A DNA stretch of 26,295 nt from Candidatus Heimdallarchaeota archaeon (GCA_048881705.1 JBHLSH010000055.1:1-26295); one strand, 5' to 3'; shown: positions 17,794 to 25,855, numbered from the stretch's first letter. Notes: generated by a model from the sequence alone, not told the origin. Numbers and translations: made by a program.

Positions 17794-20541
17794 CTATTTT
17801 CCTTCGAGCTTCTTTTCTAACTGTCGTAAATCATCAACCAATTCTCCTAATTCTCTTAAAGCATCAATAGGGGTTTTATAGTTGACATCAATGTTAACAT
17901 AATTTTTCAGGAAAGCTAAGATCTCCATACGCAGATTTTTTAACTCCAGCTCCAGCTGCTGCTGACTGACATTCTTGGCCAATGCCTCCGCTAAGGACAT
18001 CTGTCTTGGTCGGGATCCATCACCATCACCCTTGTTAGGCTGCAAGAAAGAATTAGAACCTGAATGTTCTTCCAATTCTAGCAATTTCTTCTGTGCATTA
18101 GTGATAACTGGCTTAGGTACACCAGCCATCTTGGCTACTGAAATTCCAAATGAATGATCTGTTGACCCTTTCTTTATTTTATAAAGCAATATGAGTTTAC
18201 CATTGCGTTCTGTCGCTGTTTGATGATAGTTCTTTATAATAGGATGATTATGCTCTAGTTCAGCTAGCTGATGATAATGCGTGGCAAATAGCGTTTTTGC
18301 ATTCAAGCTTGTGGCGATATATTCCGCGACACTCCATGCCAAAGAGAGTCCATCAAATGTACTTGTTCCACGACCCACCTCATCCAAAATAATTAGTGAT
18401 TGGGGGGTGGCATTACGGAGAATGTTTGCAGTTTCCAACATCTCGAGCATAAATGTTGATTGCCCGAAAGCCAAGCGATCGAAAGCTCCAATACGTGTAA
18501 AGATCCGATCCACAATCCCCATGCGGCATGTTTGTGCAGGTACCCAGGAACCTGCTTGGGCCATCAACACAATTAAAGCCACTTGTCTGATGAATGTTGA
18601 TTTACCACTCATGTTAGGTCCAGTAATGATATGGAGCTCGCAGTTATTTAGCAATACATCATTTGCGACAAAGCCAGTCTCACGTTGTAGCTGCTCCACC
18701 ACGGGGTGACGGCCATCCAGAATATCAATATCAGGTTCATCAATGATTTCCGGACGACAATAGTTATTTTTTCTTGCAGTGAACGCAAAGCAAAGCAAAA
18801 CATCGAGTTCTGCGACTAGATCGGAGAATGCACGAATTTGGGCGGCATACGGGGTGATTTGATCCCGAATTTCACAGAATATCTTGTACTCTAATGTGTT
18901 AATTTTTTCATCTATGTTAAGGATACGTTCCTCAATTTTTTTTAGTTCTGGGGTGATAAACCGTTCCGCATTTACTAGGGTCTGACGACGGGCATATTCT
19001 TCAGGGATTTGGTCTTCTCCTGCTTCCCGAAGTTGGGCTTTGGTTGCCTCAATATAATACCCATGGACCGAATTATACCCCAGCTTGATATTGAAAGAAG
19101 TTCTCTGCTGTTCATTGGCCTCGATCTGCTTTAGAATGGCATCTTGATTGTTTTTTACATTATACAGCTCAAGGAGTTCTGGATCAAAGGAAGGGATGAT
19201 GATTCCACCCTCTTGAAGCGTAGTAGGAGGAGATTCATTGATGGCCCGCCCTATTAAACCAACCATCGCCTGTATTCCCGATACGTCATATTCTGTTATT
19301 CTTGTGCAGATTTGGCAGGGCAAGGCCTGGTTCTGGAGATAAGAGGATAACTCCAGTCCTGTAACTAATGAGTTTTTCAATGCGACGAGATCACGAGCAT
19401 TTGCTGAATTGTATTTTACCTTCGATACTATTCGATGAAGGTCAGCAATCTCAGTCAGGTAATCTCGAATCTGTTCAGATATTCTGAGATCTTGAAAAAA
19501 AACGGTTACTGCATCCAATCGCGCAGTGATCTCCATTCTATCGCGAAGTGGTTGCAACAGCCAACGGCGGATTAAACGGGCACCCATATTGGTAAAGATA
19601 TCGGTGTATATCGACAATAGACTCCCCTCAATGCGTCTGTCAAATGCATTTTCTATAATTTCTAGATTTTTTTGTGTCGATGCGTCAAGAATTAAATATC
19701 GTTGGTCTTGTAACACCTGTAAAGATGTTATGTTACTAGGATACTCTTTCTTTAGCATCGCCAGATGAGATAAGATGGCTCCGGCGGCACGGATAGCTTC
19801 TTTAAGGGTGTCTATCCCAAAGGCCGCCAGTGATTTAACTTCGAAATGATGATGGAGTGTTTGTGTGGCGGTATCGAGATTGAACAATGTCTCGTTGATG
19901 GGGGAAAGAACCGCTTTCGACTCCGAAGTGATGATATCTTCTAGGGCTGTGTGCAGTTTACCTTTTCTATTGATGGAATCAGGAACAATGATTTCTCGAG
20001 GTTTGAACCTCGAGAACTCATCCCGAAAATGCTTGATTAGATCATCCGTAAATTCTGTAACAAAAAACTCGCTGGTTGAGATATCAATAAGGGCCATTCC
20101 AGCTGTGTGTTGTCGTTCATTTATCACAATGCTCATAAGAAAATTATTGCTATATCTGTCTAAAATTGAGGTTTCAAAAACTGTTCCTGGGGTAGCTACC
20201 CGTGTTACCCCCCTTTTCACAATCTTTCCCGAGGGTATTGCCTTGGCATCCTCTAATTGATCCACAATGGCGACCTTGTAACCTTCTTGAACCATTTTTC
20301 CTAGGTACTGATCAATTGCTTTTACGGGTATACCCGCGAGGGGAATTCGCCCCCCATCACCGCCAGCGCTTCGGGATGTCAGCGCAATTTCGAGTACCTT
20401 TGACGTTATCTTTGCATCCTCATTGAATGTCTCATAAAAATCTCCTAATTGAAAGAATACAATTGTGTCAGGGTAATCACGCTTGATTCGCTCATATTGT
20501 TCCATGGCTTTCGTTTTTCGACCGAATTTGCGCTGTTTCAT
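17794..20541 (-). CDS. mutS: DNA mismatch repair protein MutS (MutS1 type)
   Basis: GDFYETF mismatch-binding motif, TGPNMSGKST, STFMLEM, ILDEVGRGTSTFDG, FATHYH, SFGISVAKMAG; ATG at 20541 preferred over 20601. Confidence 0.97.
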   Translation of the reverse strand: MKQRKFGRKTKAMEQYERIKRDYPDTIVFFQLGDFYETFNEDAKITSKVLEIALTSRSAGGDGGRIPLAGIPVKAIDQYLGKMVQEGYKVAIVDQLEDAKAIPSGKIVKRGVTRVATPGTVFETSILDRYSNNFLMSIVINERQHTAGMALIDISTSEFFVTEFTDDLIKHFRDEFSRFKPREIIVPDSINRKGKLHTALEDIITSESKAVLSPINETLFNLDTATQTLHHHFEVKSLAAFGIDTLKEAIRAAGAILSHLAMLKKEYPSNITSLQVLQDQRYLILDASTQKNLEIIENAFDRRIEGSLLSIYTDIFTNMGARLIRRWLLQPLRDRMEITARLDAVTVFFQDLRISEQIRDYLTEIADLHRIVSKVKYNSANARDLVALKNSLVTGLELSSYLQNQALPCQICTRITEYDVSGIQAMVGLIGRAINESPPTTLQEGGIIIPSFDPELLELYNVKNNQDAILKQIEANEQQRTSFNIKLGYNSVHGYYIEATKAQLREAGEDQIPEEYARRQTLVNAERFITPELKKIEERILNIDEKINTLEYKIFCEIRDQITPYAAQIRAFSDLVAELDVLLCFAFTARKNNYCRPEIIDEPDIDILDGRHPVVEQLQRETGFVANDVLLNNCELHIITGPNMSGKSTFIRQVALIVLMAQAGSWVPAQTCRMGIVDRIFTRIGAFDRLAFGQSTFMLEMLETANILRNATPQSLIILDEVGRGTSTFDGLSLAWSVAEYIATSLNAKTLFATHYHQLAELEHNHPIIKNYHQTATERNGKLILLYKIKKGSTDHSFGISVAKMAGVPKPVITNAQKKLLELEEHSGSNSFLQPNKGDGDGSRPRQMSLAEALAKNVSQQQLELELKNLRMEILAFLKNYVNIDVNYKTPIDALRELGELVDDLRQLEKKLEGK

Positions 20542-20693
20542 TCTAACTACTACGACCAACTTCGGACAACAGTTAATTGTAACGTGTATTCTACAGAACA
20601 AATCGGTGAAAGGTTATTAAACCTTCCGTCTGAGACGCGTAAGCGTTATCTATGCAATCGAACTACTTATCATCGCCCATAAGTTTATGTAAA

Positions 20694-20778
20694 GCGGGGG
20701 TCTCCAAGCCAGGTCAAAGGAGCTAGGTTCAGATCCTAGTCGCGTAGGCGTTCGTGAGTTCAAATCTCACCCCCCGCA
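20694..20778 (+). tRNA. tRNA-Leu(CAG), no intron
   Basis: GCGGGGG/CCCCCGC plus A73; anticodon arm CTAGG TT CAG AT CCTAG; long variable arm; GTGAG TTCAAAT CTCAC. Confidence 0.96.
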
Positions 20779-20834
20779 TCATTCATCAAATTGGCAGCCG
20801 AGGTAGCCCAGCTCGGTACGGCGCCAGACTCGAG

Positions 20835-20849
20835 CGATTCATCCAGGAG
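20835..20849 (+). other. tRNA-Ser intron 1, canonical position 37/38 (15 nt)
   Basis: CGATTCATCCAGGAG; C32 pairs with the intron -3 G; central helix contains a C.A mismatch. Confidence 0.85.
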
Positions 20850-20880
20850 ATCTGGTGTGCTCTGCACTCGTGGGTTCAAA

Positions 20881-20912
20881 TGGTCATGAAGTGTAGCTTC
20901 TGAAACGGAAAA
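20881..20912 (+). other. tRNA-Ser intron 2, T-loop position 59/60 (32 nt)
   Basis: TTCA pairs with GGAA (3 of 4); bulges AA|T and AA|T; inner stem TCA-GAAG/CTTC-TGA. The repeated AAAT makes the boundary ambiguous by sequence alone, so it was set by BHB geometry. Confidence 0.75.
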
Positions 20913-21234
20913 TCCCACCCTCGGCGTTCTATCTATAATATGGTCTCCGATCTAAAACAGTGAGAATCACATAGAACTAAATCAAAGTCCAAATATGTAC
21001 ATTGTAATTTGAGGTAAATCATCGGGTTTGAGCCTTAGCCTGTTCGACCACCCGAAAAAATAAAAGAACATAAGCGAAGCATAAACTTCCGTAGAAAACT
21101 ATGTAGATGGAAATGATTGGATTTCTCAGGCGATTGTGGTTCTGCGAAATCACATTCATGCTGATATACATAAATCTAATCCTATCTTTGTTAGGTTAGT
21201 GATTATACTCTTTACTGATGCTTTGGTGAAGTAA

Positions 21235-22107
21235 GTGGATATTGTACAAGCCATTACGGACATTCAAACCAAATTTGCGGTCGTCGGACGCGAACAAGTC
21301 CTCCGGAAAATGATTCTTGGGGCAACAGCAGGGAAACACATTCTCCTAGAAGGACCTGTGGGCGTGGGTAAGACAACGCTTGCACACGCGGTAGCGGCCC
21401 ATTTTGATCAGGGATTCATCCGTATTGATGGGGATGAAAGATACACTGAAAGTAAGTTGGTTGGCCATTTTGAGCCACCACTGGTTGTGGAGAAAGGATG
21501 GGTTTGGGACAGCTTTGTTCCCGGACCTCTTACTTTGGCCATGAAGAATGGGTCGATCCTATTTATTAACGAAGCCAATCGACTCATTGAAGGAACTCAA
21601 AACGTCCTCCTTCCCTCTATGGACGAGGGCATCCTTATTTTGCCAAAGTTGGGAGTCATTAACGCGATGGATGGGTTCCTAGTCGTGGCCACCCAAAATC
21701 CCGAGTCCTACATTGGAACAACGGTCCTTTCTGAGGCATTGAAGGACCGATTCGTATGGATCAAGCTGGAACATCAAAGTTACGAGGATGAGCTAGAAAT
21801 AGTGCGTCAAAAGGCCGAGCTTGCCGCGGAAGACATTCTAATTGCCGAAACCGCGACCAAAATTATGCGGGCAACTCGAAACCACTCGGATATCCGTCGG
21901 GGATCCTCTATACGTGGTGCAATAGATCTTGCCAAAATTCTAAATCTAATTAAGAGCATGACTCTGGAAACGGTTTCTGAAATGGCTATCATGACTTTGG
22001 CTACCAAAATTGAACTGGAAGACGGTGTGGAAAGGCCCATTGAGGATATAATTTACGAGATCGTTGAAGCAATTCTTTCAGGAGAAGAAGATCGTTTTTT
22101 AGTGTAA
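21235..22107 (+). CDS. MoxR-family AAA+ ATPase
   Basis: Walker A GPVGVGKTT, variant Walker B FINEANR, VATQNP, LSEALKDRF, SIRGAI; GTG start. Confidence 0.93.
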   Translation: MDIVQAITDIQTKFAVVGREQVLRKMILGATAGKHILLEGPVGVGKTTLAHAVAAHFDQGFIRIDGDERYTESKLVGHFEPPLVVEKGWVWDSFVPGPLTLAMKNGSILFINEANRLIEGTQNVLLPSMDEGILILPKLGVINAMDGFLVVATQNPESYIGTTVLSEALKDRFVWIKLEHQSYEDELEIVRQKAELAAEDILIAETATKIMRATRNHSDIRRGSSIRGAIDLAKILNLIKSMTLETVSEMAIMTLATKIELEDGVERPIEDIIYEIVEAILSGEEDRFLV

Positions 22108-22129
22108 AATCCCGGGAATCATACCGGGA
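22095..22129 (+). other. Candidate -1 programmed ribosomal frameshift signal
   Basis: T TTT TTA (22095-22101) in the MoxR frame, 8-nt spacer, stem TCCCGG(22110-22115)/CCGGGA(22124-22129); the -1 frame is open into the VWA ORF. Confidence 0.7.
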
Positions 22130-22166
22130 ATTAAAGAAGAACATTCGTCTGTTTGGTCGACTCAAC

Positions 22167-23168
22167 TTGGAGGACCTGGCCGAAGCGGCAATCATGGCTG
22201 GGGACACCCTACCTAAGCTCGATAAGCTCGATTTGGCCAGTATTGAACGGTTAACCGAATCGGCCATTGAACATGAAAATCTACCCGCTTTAATGTCGTT
22301 GGCTAAAATCAATAAGTATGCGGTATCAAACACCTTAAATCCTGAACGGTTGGTTTCCCTTGGGCGGGTTGCTGGATCTGGGGGAATCTATACTCCGCGT
22401 CTATTTTTCGTAATGCGGGGTGTTATGGACACTAAACGTCGAAAAATACTGAAACGCCTCACGCGAATGTCTATCCTGAAGATGTCGCTACGAATTGCAT
22501 CCGAGGGACTGCGTGGTGATCTGCCTGTCCGTGGCGAATACCAACCTGATGCGGAGTTTGACTTGGAGGAGACAATGACGCAAGTCCTAGAGAAATATCC
22601 CACGGGTATTCCCGCATTACGACGTGGCGATATCGTTGGCATCCAGAGGAAGGAACGAAAGAAAAATGGAGTTTTAATTCTGGATGCAAGCGGCTCAATG
22701 ATGGGGGAACGAAACATCAATGCAGCATTGTCTGCGGCGGTGATGGCCTATTCTATGCGTCATGATAAATTTGGTGTCATTGCTTTCAATACTAGGGCAT
22801 TCCTGATAAAGGGTATCAAAGACGATCTTCCAATTCAGGATATAATGGATAAAATTCTTGATCTGGAAGCGGTAGGTTACACGAATATTGAGGATGGGTT
22901 AAAAATGGGAGCTTTACAGATCAAGAATATGAAAACCCGATTTAAATGGGCCATCTTGATGACCGATGGTGCTTATAATAAGGGAGAAGATCCTCGATAT
23001 CTCTGTAAACATTTTGAAAAACTGCATGTGCTGAATTTACCAGGCAAGAAATGGGGTGAAAGAGTTTGTAAGGATCTTGCACGTCTGGGAGGCGGACGAT
23101 ATGTTAGTGTACGCAGTTATCAGGAAGTTCCGCGCGCCCTAATGAAAATTCTCAGGTCTCCATGGTAA
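22167..23168 (+). CDS. VWA (von Willebrand factor A) domain protein, MoxR partner; frame is open upstream to 22068
   Basis: MIDAS elements LDASGSM, GYTNI and LMTDG; only a TTG start without an obvious Shine-Dalgarno. Confidence 0.9.
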   Translation: MEDLAEAAIMAGDTLPKLDKLDLASIERLTESAIEHENLPALMSLAKINKYAVSNTLNPERLVSLGRVAGSGGIYTPRLFFVMRGVMDTKRRKILKRLTRMSILKMSLRIASEGLRGDLPVRGEYQPDAEFDLEETMTQVLEKYPTGIPALRRGDIVGIQRKERKKNGVLILDASGSMMGERNINAALSAAVMAYSMRHDKFGVIAFNTRAFLIKGIKDDLPIQDIMDKILDLEAVGYTNIEDGLKMGALQIKNMKTRFKWAILMTDGAYNKGEDPRYLCKHFEKLHVLNLPGKKWGERVCKDLARLGGGRYVSVRSYQEVPRALMKILRSPW

Positions 23169-23189
23169 GGAACTTAAATACTGCCAATT

Positions 23190-23951
23190 TTAGGATGTCT
23201 CCGTTAGGACTTGGGCCAAACGATCTGGATAATTCGTTAAAATTCCATCCAACCTCATTTCAACAGCATTACGCATGTCATTCGGGTCATCCGCGTAGTA
23301 ATAATAGACCCGGATATCGTGATCATGACACTTCTGGATAAACATGGGATCATGACCTTGACGACGAATTTGCATTGTTTTCAGATCTAGTTCCAAGGTG
23401 AGTGCGAGATATTCATCGTTTGGCCTTTCCTTTTGGAGAAGGATGCATCTCAACTGAGGACTGATCCGTTGGATTCGTCGTATATTGGCGGGATATCTCG
23501 CTGTCACAATTGTGCTCTGTGTTATCTTATATTGTCCAATTGTATTGATGATCGCCCTTTCAAACCAGTCGGATGAGTCATCATAGTATTTCAGTTCAAT
23601 GTTGAGCTGAACCTCTGTTTCTTTTGCAAAATCTAGAACCTCAGCCAAGGTTGGAATTTTTTCACCAATAAATTCGGAACCAAACCAACCACCCGCGTCT
23701 AAAGATCGTAAGTACTCAAAAGTCAAGTTGGGAATCAAACCGTGACCGTTTGTGGTTCTCTCTATGCCAGAACGGTCGTGAAATACGACTAACTGTCGAT
23801 CAGCTGTCGGTTGCACGTCAAATTCCAACATATCAGCGTATTGAATCCCTCGTTTGAAGCAGGCTAAAGTGTTTTCAGGGGCTAAACCCGCTCCGCCACG
23901 ATGGGCAATATTGACCGTCACAAAACCACCACAGTATGGGCCTCTTTCCAT
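23190..23951 (-). CDS. Glycerophosphodiester phosphodiesterase (GDPD)
   Basis: IAHRGGAG.APENT, LEFDVQ.TAD..LVVFHD, LNIELK, GILTNYP. Confidence 0.95.
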   Translation of the reverse strand: MERGPYCGGFVTVNIAHRGGAGLAPENTLACFKRGIQYADMLEFDVQPTADRQLVVFHDRSGIERTTNGHGLIPNLTFEYLRSLDAGGWFGSEFIGEKIPTLAEVLDFAKETEVQLNIELKYYDDSSDWFERAIINTIGQYKITQSTIVTARYPANIRRIQRISPQLRCILLQKERPNDEYLALTLELDLKTMQIRRQGHDPMFIQKCHDHDIRVYYYYADDPNDMRNAVEMRLDGILTNYPDRLAQVLTETS

Positions 23952-24017
23952 GTTTTAAGTGCCTCTGTGTTTTTAATAATTTGATCCGATTGATTAATCC
24001 GCTAGATATCTCCCATT

Positions 24018-24421
24018 TCACCAGATTCCAAGAATAATACCCATTAACTCCACAAGGATTTATAACCAGACAAAATAGACCAAAAAAGCAGAAATCGTTT
24101 TCAAAGATAATAAATTAATAACACATTGATTTGCCTACATAGTTTACCTGAGGTAAAAACATTTTTCTTTACATAGAAGTACCAAGAAATGCTCACTAGT
24201 ATAAAAAGGAGTACTACCAAGAGGAACAGCCAAGGATACTGATGATATAATAGATGGGAAAGAGTTGTTGCAAAGGAAACCGTTGAAAATCCGAAAAAGA
24301 CTAAGACAACTGATGAGAAACAACAAACACTCGTAAGAAACGCGTAAATTATACCTACAATCGTGACAATCTTTTTCTCCGAACTGGACAATTCTGGAGG
24401 AAGTACTTGCCTATCACTCAT
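24018..24421 (-). pseudogene. MerT-like Cys-Cys membrane protein, probably disrupted (frameshift near 24115-24125 and in-frame TAA at 24060-24062)
   Basis: TM1 FLTSVCCFSSVVLVFFG. The first frame stops at 24101. A second frame continues INLLSLKTISAFLVYFVWL*ILVELMGIILGIW* to 24018. Confidence 0.55.
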
Positions 24422-24491
24422 GTAATGTGACTCTGCTTTAACATAACATTCAAATCTAAATGCATGGGCTTTGAAAGACGGATTTTGATCG

Positions 24492-24529
24492 TCTTACCAG
24501 GTCATTTTTTATCCATCAACCTGGTAAGA
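24492..24529. repeat. Perfect 11-bp inverted repeat with a 16-nt spacer
   Basis: TCTTACCAGGT (24492-24502) / ACCTGGTAAGA (24519-24529). Confidence 0.9.
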
Positions 24530-24746
24530 ATTCTGTTTTTACAAATAGAGAATAATGTAAAAATTGTTTCGTTGAACTCGTGCTGTTATTCAAGATAAAC
24601 ATACCATAACTAACGTAGCGCCCACCCACCTGAATTTCCACTGAAAATAGCGATATATAAGGTCTCTAGAGTCTTACCATATGATATTATGATATGTAAT
24701 TACGAAATAAGCCGATTTATGATCTTTCATACCGACAAATTAAAGG

Positions 24747-24754
24747 TTATATAA
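24747..24754. promoter_or_regulatory. Palindromic TATA-like box
   Basis: TTATATAA in an intergenic region, with purine-rich BRE-like AAATTAAAGG before it on the + strand. Confidence 0.4.
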
Positions 24755-24892
24755 GAAAAGCAAATAGTGTCGAAATCTTATTGTCAGGATGAAAGACTCC
24801 CATTACTAGTGAAAACCCTCGGATGTTCCACAGGAAATATACGGGTCAGGGTTAGCGTAACACGACAAAGAAAAGGATCTCCAGGAAAATAA

Positions 24893-25198
24893 TCACTGTA
24901 CTGGATTTACGGTTTTGTAATAAACCTTAGGACGCCCTTTTGACCTACCTGGAACAGAATATTTGGTTACAATTCTCTTAAGAATAAGACGGGTCAGAGC
25001 ATCGTAGATAGTAGTTCGTGGGATACCTGTTTTTTCACAGAGAGAAGCTCGGGTCGCTGGCTGAAGTTGGAGTAATGCTTCTAGAACGGTCAGATCTGTT
25101 TGATTAGTTATGGGGAGAATGTCAAATTGATCGACAAGTCTACTAAGTTCGTTCTTTTTTTGTCGCGAAGATATGTTTTCTTGCAGATACTGAGCCAT
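24893..25198 (-). CDS. Stand-alone TrmB-type winged-helix transcriptional regulator
   Basis: ALLQLQPATRASLCEKTGIPRTTIYDALTRL...GRPKVYY. Confidence 0.85.
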   Translation of the reverse strand: MAQYLQENISSRQKKNELSRLVDQFDILPITNQTDLTVLEALLQLQPATRASLCEKTGIPRTTIYDALTRLILKRIVTKYSVPGRSKGRPKVYYKTVNPVQ

Positions 25199-25575
25199 AG
25201 TGTACCACTCTTGGCATCTATGCGTACCATGCTAAACGAAGAAGTGTCCATATTTAAGATTTTCAGTATTTATTAAATCTATTAGGAAATAAAAACCAAT
25301 TAAGATCGAATTACATAAACAACCCTATAAACTAATGGATAATAAATGAATGAGAACACCATGCGTTCCCAATTCACAAACATAAGTTTGGGAATGCGTT
25401 AAAATCGTGAAACCACAACCGAACTAACGGCTATGTGTTATAGCCTTTCACCGGAAATGAAGGTTAAAACTAAGGTACAAAGAAAAAAAGGTTAAATACG
25501 GCATTCTTATTCAATAAACATAAAACAATTAAATAATCAACGTTATTATCTGAAATACAAGCATAAACCATCACT

Positions 25576-25695
25576 TTTACACTATTTACACATGATTCAC
25601 ATATAATAGGTTAACCCCTCAATTTCCACTGGAACTTATAGCAGGAAAGTACGCGTTCACCGGTAATGAAATTCACACTTTACACGGGTTCACAT
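25576..25695 (+). repeat. Two clusters of three TTYACAY direct repeats
   Basis: Copies start at 25576, 25585, 25596, 25672, 25679 and 25689. Confidence 0.7.
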
Positions 25696-25855
25696 GCGAA
25701 AAAATCTTATTTCCAGAGCGAGAATGACGTAAAATGGGGATGTTATCTAGGCCTTGGTCAACATTTATTAGAGTGAATGGTTGTATTAAGACTGTGTTAG
25801 AAAACGCGATTTTCACTTCGTAATTGCGTAATAGTCTATCAGATAGGGCGATAAT

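Larger units (their letters stand above)
20797..20926 (+). tRNA. tRNA-Ser(CGA) with two introns (37/38 and 59/60)
   Basis: GCCGAGG/CCTCGGC plus G73; anticodon CGA 20831-20833; stem CCAGA/TCTGG; variable arm GTGC/GCAC; T-stem GTGGG/CCCAC interrupted by 32 nt. Confidence 0.93.

Noticed and set aside
20542-20601. 20-aa N-terminal extension of MutS
   Set aside because: It does not resemble MutS and looks like 5' non-coding sequence; homology-like sequence starts near the ATG at 20541.
21113-21164. Possible C/D box sRNA (ATGATTG...CTGA)
   Set aside because: Box C has two mismatches, there are no clear C'/D' boxes and no terminal stem.
22116-22146. Pseudoknot between the frameshift hairpin loop (GAAT) and ATTC at 22143-22146
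   Set aside because: Only 4 bp, mostly A-U, which is too weak to claim without probing.
245-22720. Many 60-135 aa ORFs in the track overlapping the long genes (for example 245-472, 2634-3035, 9952-10266, 18281-18709, 22388-22720)
   Set aside because: They are shadow frames of well-supported genes and carry no recognisable motifs.
24492-24529. dif/Xer recombination site
   Set aside because: The 11-bp arms fit, but the spacer is 16 nt rather than about 6, and the arms do not resemble the Xer consensus.
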